This document shows positions 40,015 through 50,549 of a stretch of 64,000 bases of DNA, piece by piece. The stretch comes from an uncultured Chloroflexia bacterium. Its GTDB lineage: Bacteria > Chloroflexota > Limnocylindria > Limnocylindrales > CSP1-4. Positions within the stretch are counted from its first letter, which is position 1; each line of letters begins with the position of its first letter. Made by a program: the position numbers and the translations under genes. The stretch lies in the NCBI GenBank assembly GCA_963736025.1, contig CAVTNH010000012.1, forward strand, positions 168,913 through 232,912, read 5' to 3'. Below the pieces are notes generated by a model, which did no database searches, had not been told where the DNA came from, and worked only from the letters and a program-made list of their open reading frames with translations.

Positions 40015-41231
40015 GCGGGCCCGATGGACAGGACCATCGGCCGGTGGCGAACGCACCGGGCGAGCCGGTAGTCTCGACTCCCATGGAGATCAGCCCCGGC
40101 ATGGAGCTCGCGCACCCGCGCGCCACGAACGATCCTGCGTCGAAAGGCGCCGCCGACCCGCCCGTCAGGGGCCCGGTCGAGGACGAGGTCACCCCGGAGC
40201 AGGTCTCGCTCGGGCGCCGGATGCGTCAGCCCCGGACGATCATCTCGATCCTGATCCCGCTCGCGATCATCGTCGCCTTCGCGGCCATCAACGGCCAGGC
40301 ACTGTCCAAGGTCCCCGCGCTCATCGCGGCGGCCAACCCGGCCCTCGTCCTCCTGGCGTTCCTCGTCTTCTACGCGGGCTTCCCGCTGCGTGGCCTGCGC
40401 TGGGCGATCCTGCTGCGCGGCACCGGCTTCCGCATCGGCGTGAAGGACTCGACCGAGATCATCTTCCTGTCGTGGCTGGTCAACTGCGTCGTGCCGGCCA
40501 AGCTCGGCGACGTCTACCGCGCCTACCTGCTCAAGATCAACAGCACGGCGTCGCTGAGCCGGACGTTCGGGACCGTCTTCATCGAGCGGTGCCTCGATCT
40601 CATGGTGATCGCCCTGCTCGGCATCGCGGCCGGATACTGGAGCTTCCGGGACGGCCTGCCGCCGGCGATCCAGGTCGTCTTCGCGGTCGCCCTCGTCGTG
40701 GTCGCCGTGCTCGGCATCGGCCTGTTCACGATGCGCAACTTCGGGCGTCGGATCATCATCGCCCTGCCGCTGCCGCAGCACGGTCCTCGAGCTGTACGAC
40801 CGGTTCGAGGAAGGGGTGTTCGGCGCCGTGCGCCTCAAGCACCTGCCGGCGCTGGCGTGCGCTGACCGTGCTCATCTGGATGACCGAGGGGCTGCGCCTG
40901 TACCTCGTCGTCCATGGCGCTCGGCTTCTCGGACGTGGAGCTGGGCCTGTCCGGCGCCATCTTCGTGGCCCTCATCGGCTCCCTGCTGACGGCCGTTCCG
41001 CTCAGCCCGGCCGGTCTCGGCATCGTCGAGGCGGGCGTCGTCGGCGTCCTCACCGTGGCCTACGGCGTCCCTCTGCCCGAGGCCACCGCCATCGCCCTGC
41101 TCGACCGCGTGATCAGCGTCTTCTCGGTGATCGTCTTCGGCTCGATCGCCTACGTCGTCTCGCCGAAGCCGCGCGGCATGGGTCCCATCGTCCAGCCGAC
41201 GCCCGTCACGAGCCCGGTCGCGAGCGCCTGA
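40011..41231 (+). CDS. UPF0104 / lysylphosphatidylglycerol-synthase-TM (flippase-like) membrane protein, three frameshifts within ~140 bp (about 40780, 40855, 40912)
   Basis: Spread over four frames: ...GRRIIIALPLP, STVLELYDRFEEGVFGAVRLKHLPALA, LTVLIWMTEGLRLYLVVHG, ALGFSDVELGLSGAIFVALIG. Confidence 0.6.
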
Positions 41232-41480
41232 GCGCAGGATCGGCGTGCGCACGGGCGTGAACCGGTCGTTGACGGGGGACGTACCTTCGTCCGGGGGCGA
41301 TCTCCGATCCGCTTCGCCCTTCTCCCGGCCTGACCGCACCGGACTCACCCTGCCGATCATGGGTGGTGCGAGCACGCAAGCGGTACCAACGGGGGATACA
41401 GGACCCCTCGTGCCTCACTCGATAGTTGGGGTATCGCGGCATGGGCCGCGGGCCGACCCGGACGGAGCGCCCTCTCTGAC

Positions 41481-42020
41481 ATGACGACCCAAAACGGCCG
41501 AGCCTTCAATGAATGGCTGAGAGCCCAGCTCAAGGCCAAGAAGATGTCTCAGCGCCAACTCGCCCAGCAGTCGGGCGTCGATCACTCGACGATCTCCCGG
41601 CTCATCCGCGGCGACCGCATGCCGTCGCTCGGCACCGCCACGAAACTGGCGCGTGGCCTGCGCGAGCTGCGTGACGACGCCGATACGCCTCAATACCTCG
41701 GCCTGGTGGCCTCCGGGTCGATGAACCCGACCGCCCGCGTCGAGTACTCGCTTCGAGCGGACGAGCTCCTCACCGAGCCGCAGGTCCGCCAGATCATGGA
41801 GTACTACCTGGCCGTGCGGATGCGCCGCTACGGCCGTCCGTTCCAGCCGACCGAGTCCGCCTCGAGCGGCTCCGAGCGACCGAACGAACGCACGCTGGGT
41901 CGCCCGGCTGCGCCAGGCCGGCCGATGGGAGCCGGAGGCAGCTCGACACCGGTCGGTGTCGGCATCGGATCCGTCCGACCCGTCTCACGCAGCGTGGGAC
42001 CCGAACGGGGCCGTTACTGA
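41481..42020 (+). CDS. XRE-family (Cro/C1-type) helix-turn-helix transcriptional regulator
   Basis: KKMSQRQLAQQSGVDHSTISRLIRG HTH. Preceded by a 250-bp non-coding leader. Confidence 0.75.
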   Translation: MTTQNGRAFNEWLRAQLKAKKMSQRQLAQQSGVDHSTISRLIRGDRMPSLGTATKLARGLRELRDDADTPQYLGLVASGSMNPTARVEYSLRADELLTEPQVRQIMEYYLAVRMRRYGRPFQPTESASSGSERPNERTLGRPAAPGRPMGAGGSSTPVGVGIGSVRPVSRSVGPERGRY

Positions 42021-42123
42021 GCATTCACCTAGGGCACGACCCGGACCGCCCTCCACCGTCCGGGTCTCGGGGACAGCGAACGCCGGCGTCTGGGGCGCCG
42101 GCGTTCGCGATTCCGCGAGGTCC

Positions 42124-43722
42124 TCAGGGAGCGGTGTAGACCGTCACGAACCGGCCGGGCGCGGCCTCGAATCGGTCACGGATCTCGAGCGTCGGGCCGA
42201 CGCCGCCGGCGCCGTCGGTCGCGAAGGGACGGGCTGCCAGCGAGGCCTCCTCGGCGGGCCCACCGCACGGCGCGCCGATCGCGGTCTCGAAGAGCGCGTC
42301 ACAGACGATCACGAGGGTCCCGGTCTCGGCTTCGGGGACGATCCGGACGCCATCGCGGGCCAACGGGTACACGTACGTGTCGGGCGGCTTGAACGTCGGC
42401 AGGGAGCGGATGGCCATCGTTCGCTCGGCCGTGGCCGCCTGGATCCGGGCCGCGGCCTGCGCGGCCGCCGGGAAGCCGCCGTCCGGGGCCTGGGCCGGTG
42501 GCCGATGGGCCACGTTCCAGCCCACGATGGCGAGCGTCACGATGCCCATCACGACGATCGGCACGGCGGCGGCAGGTCGGCCTGGCGCGGCTTGGCGCCA
42601 GGTGCGCCACGCGGCCGCGACGCCGATCCCGACCAGGACGAAGACCATCGGGTCCGCGAACGCGTGGTAGTGATCGTTGGGCAGGCCCGGGATCACGACC
42701 GCGAGGCTCGCCGCGGCCAGCGTCAGGAAGCCGGCGCTCCAGAGGAGGCCCAGCCCGAACCACCGGACGGCCGTCCGCTCGGCGGGATCCGGGCTCCGCC
42801 ACCGCCAGGCGACGATCCCGACGACGACGGCGAGGGCCGCCACGGCCGCCCCGAGCGAGACCGTGATCAGGCCGGTCAGCGGCCAGGACACGACCCGGAT
42901 CGCCACGACCAGGAGGCGCGTCACGAGCGGGAGGTCCGCGGGCTCGCCGCCGGCCTGCAGGTAGACCAGGGCGGCGCGCACCTCGGCGAAGTCGGTGGTC
43001 AGTTCGTGGACGACCAGCGGCACGTAGACGAGCGCGATGATCGCGAGACCAGCCAGCCCGGCCCACAGGACCGCGCGGCGCTCGACGCCGGGTGCGCGAC
43101 GACGGGCGTCGGCCACGAAGAGCGCGCCGATGACCGGCAGCAGCGTGACGCCCAGGACGTGGCACTGCATCGTGGCCGCGGTCCCGACCGCCGCCAGGAG
43201 CCACCAGCGGGCGCTGCGCGTCGACCAGGCCCGCCAGGCACCGGCCAACGCGATCGCGCTGGTCAGTGCGATCAGGTTCGGGTTCCAGATGAAGGTCGAT
43301 TCCTCGATCGCGGAGGCCGAGACCGCCATCAGGAGCCCCGCCACGATCCCGGCGACCGGTCCCGCGATCGAACGCGCCAGCCACCACGTGACACCCACGG
43401 CGGCGATCCCGAACAGGGCGATCTGCCACGTCACCGCGAGCGGCGAGTCGCCGGCGGTCAGCGCCGCGGACGGGGCCAGGAGGTAGTAGTAGAGGGCGCC
43501 ATGGTGGAAGTCGCCGATCGAGGTCGGTGGTCCGAGGAGCGGCACGACGCCGTCCTGGACCAGGGCCCGCAGGACGAGCATGTCGTGGCCCTGGTCGGCA
43601 TCCCACGTGCCGCGGGTCGCGAGGTCCGGGAGGCGCATGAGGCCCGCCAGGGCGAGCAGCACGACCAGCGCGACCCCGTCCGCCATCGCGCCAGGGCGCC
43701 TCAGCGGGGTCGCCAGCGTCAC
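42124..43722 (-). CDS. GT-C fold membrane glycosyltransferase (ArnT/PMT-like, GT39/GT83 family)
   Basis: Polytopic; N-terminal region with a DxD-like loop; paralogous to the genes at 57570 and 59201. Confidence 0.7.
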   Translation of the reverse strand: MTLATPLRRPGAMADGVALVVLLALAGLMRLPDLATRGTWDADQGHDMLVLRALVQDGVVPLLGPPTSIGDFHHGALYYYLLAPSAALTAGDSPLAVTWQIALFGIAAVGVTWWLARSIAGPVAGIVAGLLMAVSASAIEESTFIWNPNLIALTSAIALAGAWRAWSTRSARWWLLAAVGTAATMQCHVLGVTLLPVIGALFVADARRRAPGVERRAVLWAGLAGLAIIALVYVPLVVHELTTDFAEVRAALVYLQAGGEPADLPLVTRLLVVAIRVVSWPLTGLITVSLGAAVAALAVVVGIVAWRWRSPDPAERTAVRWFGLGLLWSAGFLTLAAASLAVVIPGLPNDHYHAFADPMVFVLVGIGVAAAWRTWRQAAPGRPAAAVPIVVMGIVTLAIVGWNVAHRPPAQAPDGGFPAAAQAAARIQAATAERTMAIRSLPTFKPPDTYVYPLARDGVRIVPEAETGTLVIVCDALFETAIGAPCGGPAEEASLAARPFATDGAGGVGPTLEIRDRFEAAPGRFVTVYTAP

Positions 43723-44720
43723 GAAGCCGCCCCGGTGGGCGTGGGCTCTGCCGGACCCGTCCGCGCCCTGCTGCCGCGCATCGTCATCGCCTCGGGCGGG
43801 AGCTCGGGGAGTGGCCGGCCCGCTGCGATGTCGTACGCCCGTGCCACGTTGACCGCGTCATACCCCTCGTCCATCCCGGGGGTCTCGAGGTAGTACGTCG
43901 TCCGCGCAAGGCCCGGGTGGGTGAGGACCCGCGCGAGCCCGGCGGCGCCGATGCGCCCGGCCCCGAGGTGTTCGTGGCGATCGGCGTGGGAGCCGCGCTC
44001 GGACTTGGAGTCGTTGAGATGGACCATGACCAGCCGATCGAGCCCGAGGCGCTCGTCGAACGCCGCCAGGAAGCCGTCCACGCCGTCCGGCGTCGACAGG
44101 TCCACGCCGGCACCCCAGGCATGCGCGGTGTCGAGGCAGAAGCCGACCCGCCGCTCCGCGACGCCACGGTCGGTGATCGCCTCGGCGATGTCCGCGAGCT
44201 CGGTCACGCTCGTCCCGAGGCCGAAGCCGCTGCCCGACGAGTTCTCGAGCACGAGGCGCGCGGCCTTGGGCGTGTCATCGACCTCGGCCAGGATCCGCGC
44301 CACCGCATCCGCGAGGCGCGTCGTGCCCGCCGCGACCGAGGTGTCGCGGTGCGAGCCGATGTGGACGTTCACGTAGCGCGCCTCGAAGGCTGGAGCCGCC
44401 TGCAGCTCGCTCGTGAGCAGACCGATGGACCGCTCGCGGAAGTCGGGCTCGGGACCGGCGAGGTTGATGAGGTACGAGGCATGGATCGCCACCGGCCCGA
44501 TGTCCAGCGCCGCGAGCCGCTCGCGGAACGCCGGCAGCTCCGTCGGTGGCTCTGCTCGCCGGCGCCAGGCTGTCGGGTTGTCGCCGAACACCTGGAGCGC
44601 GGTGGCCCCGATCTCGTGGGCCCGTTCGACGGCCTTCACCATGCCGGTCGCCAGGGGCAGGTGGGCACCGAGGCGACGGCCGTCTGGAAGCACGGGCGCA
44701 TCGTACGATGCGGGAGCCAT
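43719..44720 (-). CDS. nfo: Endonuclease IV (AP endonuclease family 2)
   Basis: LGAHLPLATGMVKAVERAHEIGATALQVF aligns with the Nfo N-terminus; HxH and DxxH metal ligands further on. Confidence 0.85.
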   Translation of the reverse strand: MAPASYDAPVLPDGRRLGAHLPLATGMVKAVERAHEIGATALQVFGDNPTAWRRRAEPPTELPAFRERLAALDIGPVAIHASYLINLAGPEPDFRERSIGLLTSELQAAPAFEARYVNVHIGSHRDTSVAAGTTRLADAVARILAEVDDTPKAARLVLENSSGSGFGLGTSVTELADIAEAITDRGVAERRVGFCLDTAHAWGAGVDLSTPDGVDGFLAAFDERLGLDRLVMVHLNDSKSERGSHADRHEHLGAGRIGAAGLARVLTHPGLARTTYYLETPGMDEGYDAVNVARAYDIAAGRPLPELPPEAMTMRGSRARTGPAEPTPTGAAS

Positions 44721-45291
44721 GGATCACGACCTGCTGACCGCGCTTCGGGCCCTTGCCGACCCGGCGCGGCTGCGCATCGCCGGTCGGCTCGCGGGCGGAC
44801 CGGCGTCCGAGGCGGAGCTGGCGGCGGATCTCGACCTGCCACCCGCCGCCGTGCGGCGTCAGCTCGCCAAGCTCGTCGAGGCGGGTCTCGTGTCGGGCGA
44901 CGGCGACGACCCGGGCGCGCGCCACGCGCTCCGGATCGAGGCCGTCAACGTCGTGGGTCGGCGCCTCGCGGAGCTCGAGCCCGACGCACAGGCCGAGACG
45001 GGGCCGGGGGTCGGGCCGGCCGGCGAGCACCTGCCGACCGATGTCGCGCGCGTCCTGCGCGGCTTCTTCGAGGCCGACCGCCTCACGACGATCCCGGCCA
45101 GCGGGTCCAAGCGACTGGTCGTCCTTCGCTACCTGCGAGACCGCTGCTTCACCGAGGATCGGCCGTATCCGGAGAAGGAGGTCAACCAGCGGCTGGCGAT
45201 CTTCCATCCGGACGTCGCCGCACTGCGCCGCTACATGGTCGACGAGGGGCTGCTGACCCGGGCCGATGGGGAGTATCGGCGGCCGGCCTGA
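44718..45291 (+). CDS. ArsR-type wHTH regulator fused to DUF2087
   Basis: LLTALRALADPARLRIAGRL is an ArsR-like helix; C-terminal DUF2087-like LVVLRYLRDRCF. Confidence 0.5.
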
Positions 45292-45305
45292 GCGGCCCGC
45301 ATGTG

Positions 45306-45896
45306 TCAGCGGCCGTTGCTGTGGCCCTGGCCCCCGGTGTAGTCACCGCCGACGATCGGCTCGATGAGGCCGTAGCCGCCGTCGTTGCGCGCGTAGAGGA
45401 TCGCGACCTGCTCGTTCTCGGCATTGACGAAGACGAAGAACCGGTGGCCAAGCTCCTCCATCGCGTTGATGGCGTCCTCCTCGAACATGGGCTCGATCGC
45501 GAATCGCTTGACCTTGACGACCCGCGACACCTCCGGCGCCTCGACCGTGCCATCGGCGACCCGTCGGAGGATCGCCTTCTCCTGCGTCGGACGGGCGCGC
45601 AGGCGGGGTCGCTCCTTGTGCGAGACGGCCTGCCGCTCGACCTTGTCGACGACCGTGTCGAGGGCGGCCTGGTAGCTCGAGCCCGACGCGTGGCTGTGCA
45701 TCGTCTGGCCGTTCACGACCAGCGCGACCTCGACGATGTGAGCGTCCGACGCGCTCCGGTGATGCTCGTTCGAGAGCTCGACGATGGCGTCCGTCCGCTC
45801 GTCCACGAGCCGCGCGATGTGCCCGAGCTTCCGCTCCGCATACGCGCGGACGCGTTCGGGGACCTCGACGTTCTTGCCCTTGACGATCGTCCGCAC
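45306..45896 (-). CDS. hpf: Ribosome hibernation promoting factor, long form
   Basis: MRTIVKGKNVEVPERVRAYAERKL N-terminus and C-terminal dimerisation domain VKRFAIEPMFEEDAI. Confidence 0.9.
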   Translation of the reverse strand: MRTIVKGKNVEVPERVRAYAERKLGHIARLVDERTDAIVELSNEHHRSASDAHIVEVALVVNGQTMHSHASGSSYQAALDTVVDKVERQAVSHKERPRLRARPTQEKAILRRVADGTVEAPEVSRVVKVKRFAIEPMFEEDAINAMEELGHRFFVFVNAENEQVAILYARNDGGYGLIEPIVGGDYTGGQGHSNGR

Positions 45897-45978
45897 GCGT
45901 CACCTCCCGAAGGGCCGAGTGCCAGGGCCCGAGTATAGTCCGGCCGGACATCCGACCCCGCCCGGCACCGCGTGGGGG

Positions 45979-46657
45979 TCAGCGCTCCCGGGCGACGGTG
46001 ACCGCCGAGACCGCCGCCGCGCCGCCCTCGAGCAGCACCGTCGCGCAGGCGGACAGGGTGGCGCCGGTGGTCATGACGTCATCGACGAGGACGACCCAAC
46101 GGCCTCGGACGCGCTCGATGGCCGTCGATGATCGCGGTCGGAACGCCCCCGCGACGTTGGACGCGCGGGCCTGGCGATCCAGCTGGAACTGGGCGGTGGT
46201 CGCCTGCCAGCGCTCGAGTGCCTCGACGACGGGCAGGCCGAGGACGGCGCCGGCCGCCGAGGCCAGCAGGACGGCCTGGTCGTAGCCCCGTTGCGCGGCG
46301 CGGTCGCGGTGGACCGGCACGGGCACCAGCAGGTCGCCGCCGACGCCGGCCCGGGCCCAGCGCCGGGCCACGGCGCCGCCGAGCGGGACGGCCAGCCGGC
46401 GCTCGCCGCTGTACTTGAGTTGATGCAGCGCATCGCGGACCACGCCGCTGAACGGTGCGCACCACTCCACCTGCAGGATGCCGTCGGGCATGTCCGCCGG
46501 GCAGGCCGAGCGACACACCGGGCGGCAGGTCGAGCCGCGCGTCGAGGGCGGGCCGGCACGCCGCGCAGATCGGCTCGCCCTCCCGCCCGCAACCGGCGCA
46601 CGAGGCCGGGAACGCGAGATCGAGCGCACGCGCGGCGACCTGCCCGATGACCGACAT
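45979..46657 (-). CDS. comF: ComF-family phosphoribosyltransferase, frameshifted near 46490
   Basis: N-terminal Zn finger CAGCGREGEPICAAC in one frame; PRT domain VVLVDDVMTTGATL in another. Confidence 0.7.
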
Positions 46658-46714
46658 CGTCCGATCATCGGCCGACCCTCTGCACCAGGACTTATGCGAG
46701 CGCCGCCGGCGCGA

Positions 46715-47018
46715 TCAGGAGACGGCGGGCCCGTCCAGGGCGATCACGTCACCGACGAGCGTGCCGGTGCGCTCGATCGTGCCCACCGGGAGCTCCAGGA
46801 CGCCGTGGGCGCCGCGGACCAGGGGCACGAGCCCGGTCCACGTCCGCAGCGCAGGGCGCACGGCGACGACGCGGCGGGATCCGCCATCGGCGGGGTCGGG
46901 TCGATCGACGAAGACGGCGTCGATCGGGAAGCGCATGAACATCATGTGGATGCCGTTGCTGTCGGGCAGCCACAGGCCCGCGTCCGGGGCAAGCGATCGC
47001 TCGCCCCATCAGGCCCAT
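46715..47018 (-). CDS. DUF192 (COG1430) protein, frameshifted near 46975, start uncertain
   Basis: GLMGR motif then MMFMRFPIDAVFVD in a second frame. Confidence 0.45.
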
Positions 47019-47131
47019 GAACTTGCCCCACAGGCTCGCGGCGACCTCGAGCCGTGCGGCCAGGGTGGTCCCGCGCGTGACGTTCCGGGCGACCAGGTCG
47101 GTCGCCCGGGCGTCCGGGGTCGTGTCCGTGG

Positions 47132-48061
47132 TCAGATCGTCAGGTTCTGGATGATCAGGATGATGGCCGGGCCAAGGATGACGATGAACAGCGACGGGAA
47201 GATGCAGCCGACGAGCGGGAACAGCATCTTGATCGGCGCCTTCGCCGCCTGCTCCTCAGCCCGCTGGCGCCGCTCGATGCGGAGCTGCTCGGACTGGACC
47301 TGGAGCACCTTGGAGATCGACACACCCAGCTGCTCGGCCTGGATGATCGCGCCGATGAAGTTGGTCAGCGGCTGGACCTCGGTCCTTGGCACGATGTCCC
47401 GGAGGGCTTCGCGCCGCGCCTTGCCGACGCGGACCTCGGCCAGCGCCCGACGGAACTCATCGGACAGCGGTCCCTTCAGCTTCTCGACGACGCGTCCGAG
47501 CGCCGCGTCGAAGCCGAGGCCGGCTCGCACGGAGATCGTCAGGAGGTCGAGCGAGTCCGGGATCATCATCAGGATGGCCTTCTGGCGCTTGCGCACGCGA
47601 CCACCCAGCCAGAACTCGGGGATCGTGTAGCCGAACGCGACACCGACGGCCGTCAGGACGAACCCGATCAGGACCGGGAACTTCAGGACACCGAGGACGA
47701 CGAAGAGCAGGAAGAAGATGATGCCGCCGACGATGGCGCCAAGGGCCTTGATGCCGAGCCAATCGGCGACGCGAAGGTCGCCGGGATTGCCGGCCAGGGC
47801 AAGGCGCTTCTCGGTGCGGTCCGAGAACGACGTGCTGGTGACCCGCGAGACGCTCGTGGACAGGCGCGACGCCAGCGGGCGGAGGGTCCGCTCGATGAAC
47901 GGGGCCTGGAGCTCGAGCTCCTCGAGGTTCTTGGCCTGCATCGACCCGAGCTGGGTCAGGCGGGCCTGGACCGGGTCCACTGGCGAGTTGCCGGCGAGCC
48001 CGATGAAGATGAGCAGGATGGCTCCGGCCGCGACGGCCGCGATGAGGATAGGAAGGACCAT
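47132..48061 (-). CDS. tadC: Tad pilus assembly membrane protein TadC (T2SS-F family)
   Basis: T2SSF-domain membrane protein, paralogous to the upstream tadB. Confidence 0.85.
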   Translation of the reverse strand: MVLPILIAAVAAGAILLIFIGLAGNSPVDPVQARLTQLGSMQAKNLEELELQAPFIERTLRPLASRLSTSVSRVTSTSFSDRTEKRLALAGNPGDLRVADWLGIKALGAIVGGIIFFLLFVVLGVLKFPVLIGFVLTAVGVAFGYTIPEFWLGGRVRKRQKAILMMIPDSLDLLTISVRAGLGFDAALGRVVEKLKGPLSDEFRRALAEVRVGKARREALRDIVPRTEVQPLTNFIGAIIQAEQLGVSISKVLQVQSEQLRIERRQRAEEQAAKAPIKMLFPLVGCIFPSLFIVILGPAIILIIQNLTI

Positions 48062-48065
48062 CGGG

Positions 48066-49073
48066 CTAGACCTCGATGTCGACGATCTTGCGGATGAACA
48101 TGAAGCCGATGAACATCATGAATCCGCCAACGATCAGGATGACGACGCCGCCCGGGAGGCCAACGACCTCAGGTGGCTTCGTGAACATGGGCGACATGAA
48201 GCCCGGGGCCGCGATGAAGAGGAAGCCGGCCAGGCCGATCGGCAGGAAGCCGACGACGTAGCCCGACAGCCGCTGCTGCGCGGTCAGGGTTCGGATCTCG
48301 CCCTTGATGCGGACGCGCTCACGGATGGTGAACGCGATGGAGTCGAGGATCTCGGCGAGGTTGCCGCCGACCTGGTGCTGGATCGAGATGGCCGTGGCCA
48401 TGAGCTCGAGGTCGTCGGATCGCACGCGGCGAACCATGTTCTCGAGCGCCTGGTCGAACGGCAGGCCCAGGTTCACCTCGCGGATGACCCGGCCGAACTC
48501 CGTGGAGATCGGCGGGCGCGACTCGCGGACGACCAGTTCGATGGCCTGCAGGAACGACGACCCGGCGCGCAGTGCGTTCGCGATCAGGGTGATCGTGTCC
48601 GGGAGCTGCTTGTTGAACGCCCCGAGGCGCCCGTTCCGGCGGCGGGCCAGCCAGAACCGCGGGATGAAGAAGCCGATGAGTCCGCCGATCAGCAGGAAGA
48701 GCGGGTTGCCGAGCGTCGGCAACACGACTGACAGGACGAGCATCGCGGCCGGCACGCCGACGATGCAGCCGGCCCAGATGAGCAGGTACTCGGAGGGCTT
48801 GAGCTTGAGGTCGGCTCGGGCGATCTCGCGCTGCAGGTTCGCGCCGAAGTCACGATTCTCGACGACCTTGTTCAGGCTCGCGAGCGTGGCACTCTGCGTG
48901 ATCATGTCGGCGATGGCGCCTTGGCCGCTGGGAGCGGCCTTGGCCGGGCGATTCGACGCGTAACGCTCGAGGCGGTCGGAGATCCCCGATCCACCGGAGG
49001 TGGCGACGCCGATCGCGATGAGCAGGATCGCCAAAGCGGCGACTCCGGCGATCGCGAGCGTCATGGTATCCAC
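48066..49073 (-). CDS. tadB: Tad pilus assembly membrane protein TadB (T2SS-F family)
   Basis: T2SSF domain, polytopic. Confidence 0.85.
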   Translation of the reverse strand: MDTMTLAIAGVAALAILLIAIGVATSGGSGISDRLERYASNRPAKAAPSGQGAIADMITQSATLASLNKVVENRDFGANLQREIARADLKLKPSEYLLIWAGCIVGVPAAMLVLSVVLPTLGNPLFLLIGGLIGFFIPRFWLARRRNGRLGAFNKQLPDTITLIANALRAGSSFLQAIELVVRESRPPISTEFGRVIREVNLGLPFDQALENMVRRVRSDDLELMATAISIQHQVGGNLAEILDSIAFTIRERVRIKGEIRTLTAQQRLSGYVVGFLPIGLAGFLFIAAPGFMSPMFTKPPEVVGLPGGVVILIVGGFMMFIGFMFIRKIVDIEV

Positions 49074-49094
49074 GGGCGATGCTCCTTCCGTGGC

Positions 49095-50504
49095 CTAGTA
49101 GGAGAAGCCGAACAGGCCAGGCGGCAGGTTGATGCCCATGACCTCGAACTTCTCGACGAACTTCGGTCGAATGCCGGTCGGCTTGAGCCGGCCCTGGATC
49201 TTGCCCTCGACGACACCGGTCTGCTCGAAGACGAAGACGTCCTGCATGACGATCACATCACCCTCCATGCCCTGGACCTCGGTGATGTTCACGATCTTGC
49301 GGGTGCCGTCCTTGAGGCGGCTCTGCTGGACGATGAGGTCGACGGCCGAGGCGACCTGCTCGCGGATCGCCCGCAGGGGCAGATCCACGCCGGCCATCAG
49401 GACCATCGTCTCGAGGCGCGACAGCATGTCGCGCGGGCTGTTGGCGTGGCCGGTCGACATCGAGCCATCGTGGCCGGTGTTCATGGCCTGGAGCATGTCC
49501 AGGGCCTCACCGGAACGACACTCTCCGACGATGATGCGATCGGGCCGCATGCGCAGGGCGTTGCGGACGAGCTCGCGGATCGGCACGGCGCCCTTGCCCT
49601 CGATGTTGGGCGGGCGCGACTCCAGCGTCACCACATGCTCCTGACGGAGCTGCAGCTCGGCGGCGTCCTCGATCGTCACGATGCGCTCGTCGTTCGGGAT
49701 GAACGACGACAGCACGTTGAGGGTCGTGGTCTTGCCCGAGCCGGTGCCGCCCGACACGAAGATGTTCAGGCGAGCTTCCACGCAGGCGCGCAGGAAGTCG
49801 AACATGTCCGCGGTGGCGGTGCCGAACCGGATGAGGTCGTCGACGGTGAACGGCGACGCGGAGAACTTCCGGATGGTGATGACCGGGCCGACCAATGACA
49901 GCGGCGGGATGATTGCGTTGACGCGGGATCCGTCGGTGAGGCGCGCGTCGACCATCGGGCTCGACTCGTCGACCCGGCGACCGATCGGAGCGATGATCCG
50001 GTCGATGATGCGCATGACGTGGTCGTCGTTCTGGAAGACGACGTTGGTCAGCTCGAGCTTGCCGGATCGCTCGATGTAGACCTGGCGCGGGCCGTTCACC
50101 ATGATCTCGGTGATCGACTCGTCCCGGAGGAGCGGCTCCAGCGGTCCGAGGCCGATGATCTCGTCGGTGATCTGCTCCAGCATCCGGACGCGTTCGGCCC
50201 GGGTCAGGGCGAGGCCTTCCTCGTCGATGACCTTGCCGAAGATCTCCTCGATCTGGCGCCGGACCTCGACCTGGTTGGACAGGTCGAGCTTCGGATCCAG
50301 GTCCTGGATGACCCGGTTCTGGATGCGGAACTTGACGTCCCGGAACGACTCACGGACCGGCGCCTGGCTGGTCAGCCTCGGCGAGGTCGGCGTGGGCGGC
50401 GCACCACCGGGTGCGACCGGCAGGTTGGAGCCGGGAGCGCCCGGCGCAGCTTCGGGCCCCGTGGACCCCGGTCGAGCGCTCTCGATCCGCTTCAAGAGGG
50501 ACAT
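49095..50504 (-). CDS. cpaF: Tad secretion ATPase CpaF/TadA
   Basis: [14 protein letters not shown] Walker [10 protein letters not shown], and His/Asp boxes. Confidence 0.95.
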   Translation of the reverse strand: MSLLKRIESARPGSTGPEAAPGAPGSNLPVAPGGAPPTPTSPRLTSQAPVRESFRDVKFRIQNRVIQDLDPKLDLSNQVEVRRQIEEIFGKVIDEEGLALTRAERVRMLEQITDEIIGLGPLEPLLRDESITEIMVNGPRQVYIERSGKLELTNVVFQNDDHVMRIIDRIIAPIGRRVDESSPMVDARLTDGSRVNAIIPPLSLVGPVITIRKFSASPFTVDDLIRFGTATADMFDFLRACVEARLNIFVSGGTGSGKTTTLNVLSSFIPNDERIVTIEDAAELQLRQEHVVTLESRPPNIEGKGAVPIRELVRNALRMRPDRIIVGECRSGEALDMLQAMNTGHDGSMSTGHANSPRDMLSRLETMVLMAGVDLPLRAIREQVASAVDLIVQQSRLKDGTRKIVNITEVQGMEGDVIVMQDVFVFEQTGVVEGKIQGRLKPTGIRPKFVEKFEVMGINLPPGLFGFSY

Positions 50505-50549
50505 TCGATTACACCCCTTCTCGCCCCGAGGGGCTCACTACGGCCGTGT

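Noticed and set aside
44715-44723. True overlapping divergent start codons for nfo and the ArsR-like gene
   Set aside because: More likely a start-codon misassignment for one of the two ORFs; I kept it only as a low-interest note.
41956-45938. 645-aa and 673-aa plus-strand ORFs
   Set aside because: Antisense to the GT-C glycosyltransferase and nfo genes; pure Arg/Gly/Asp/Pro composition with no motifs.
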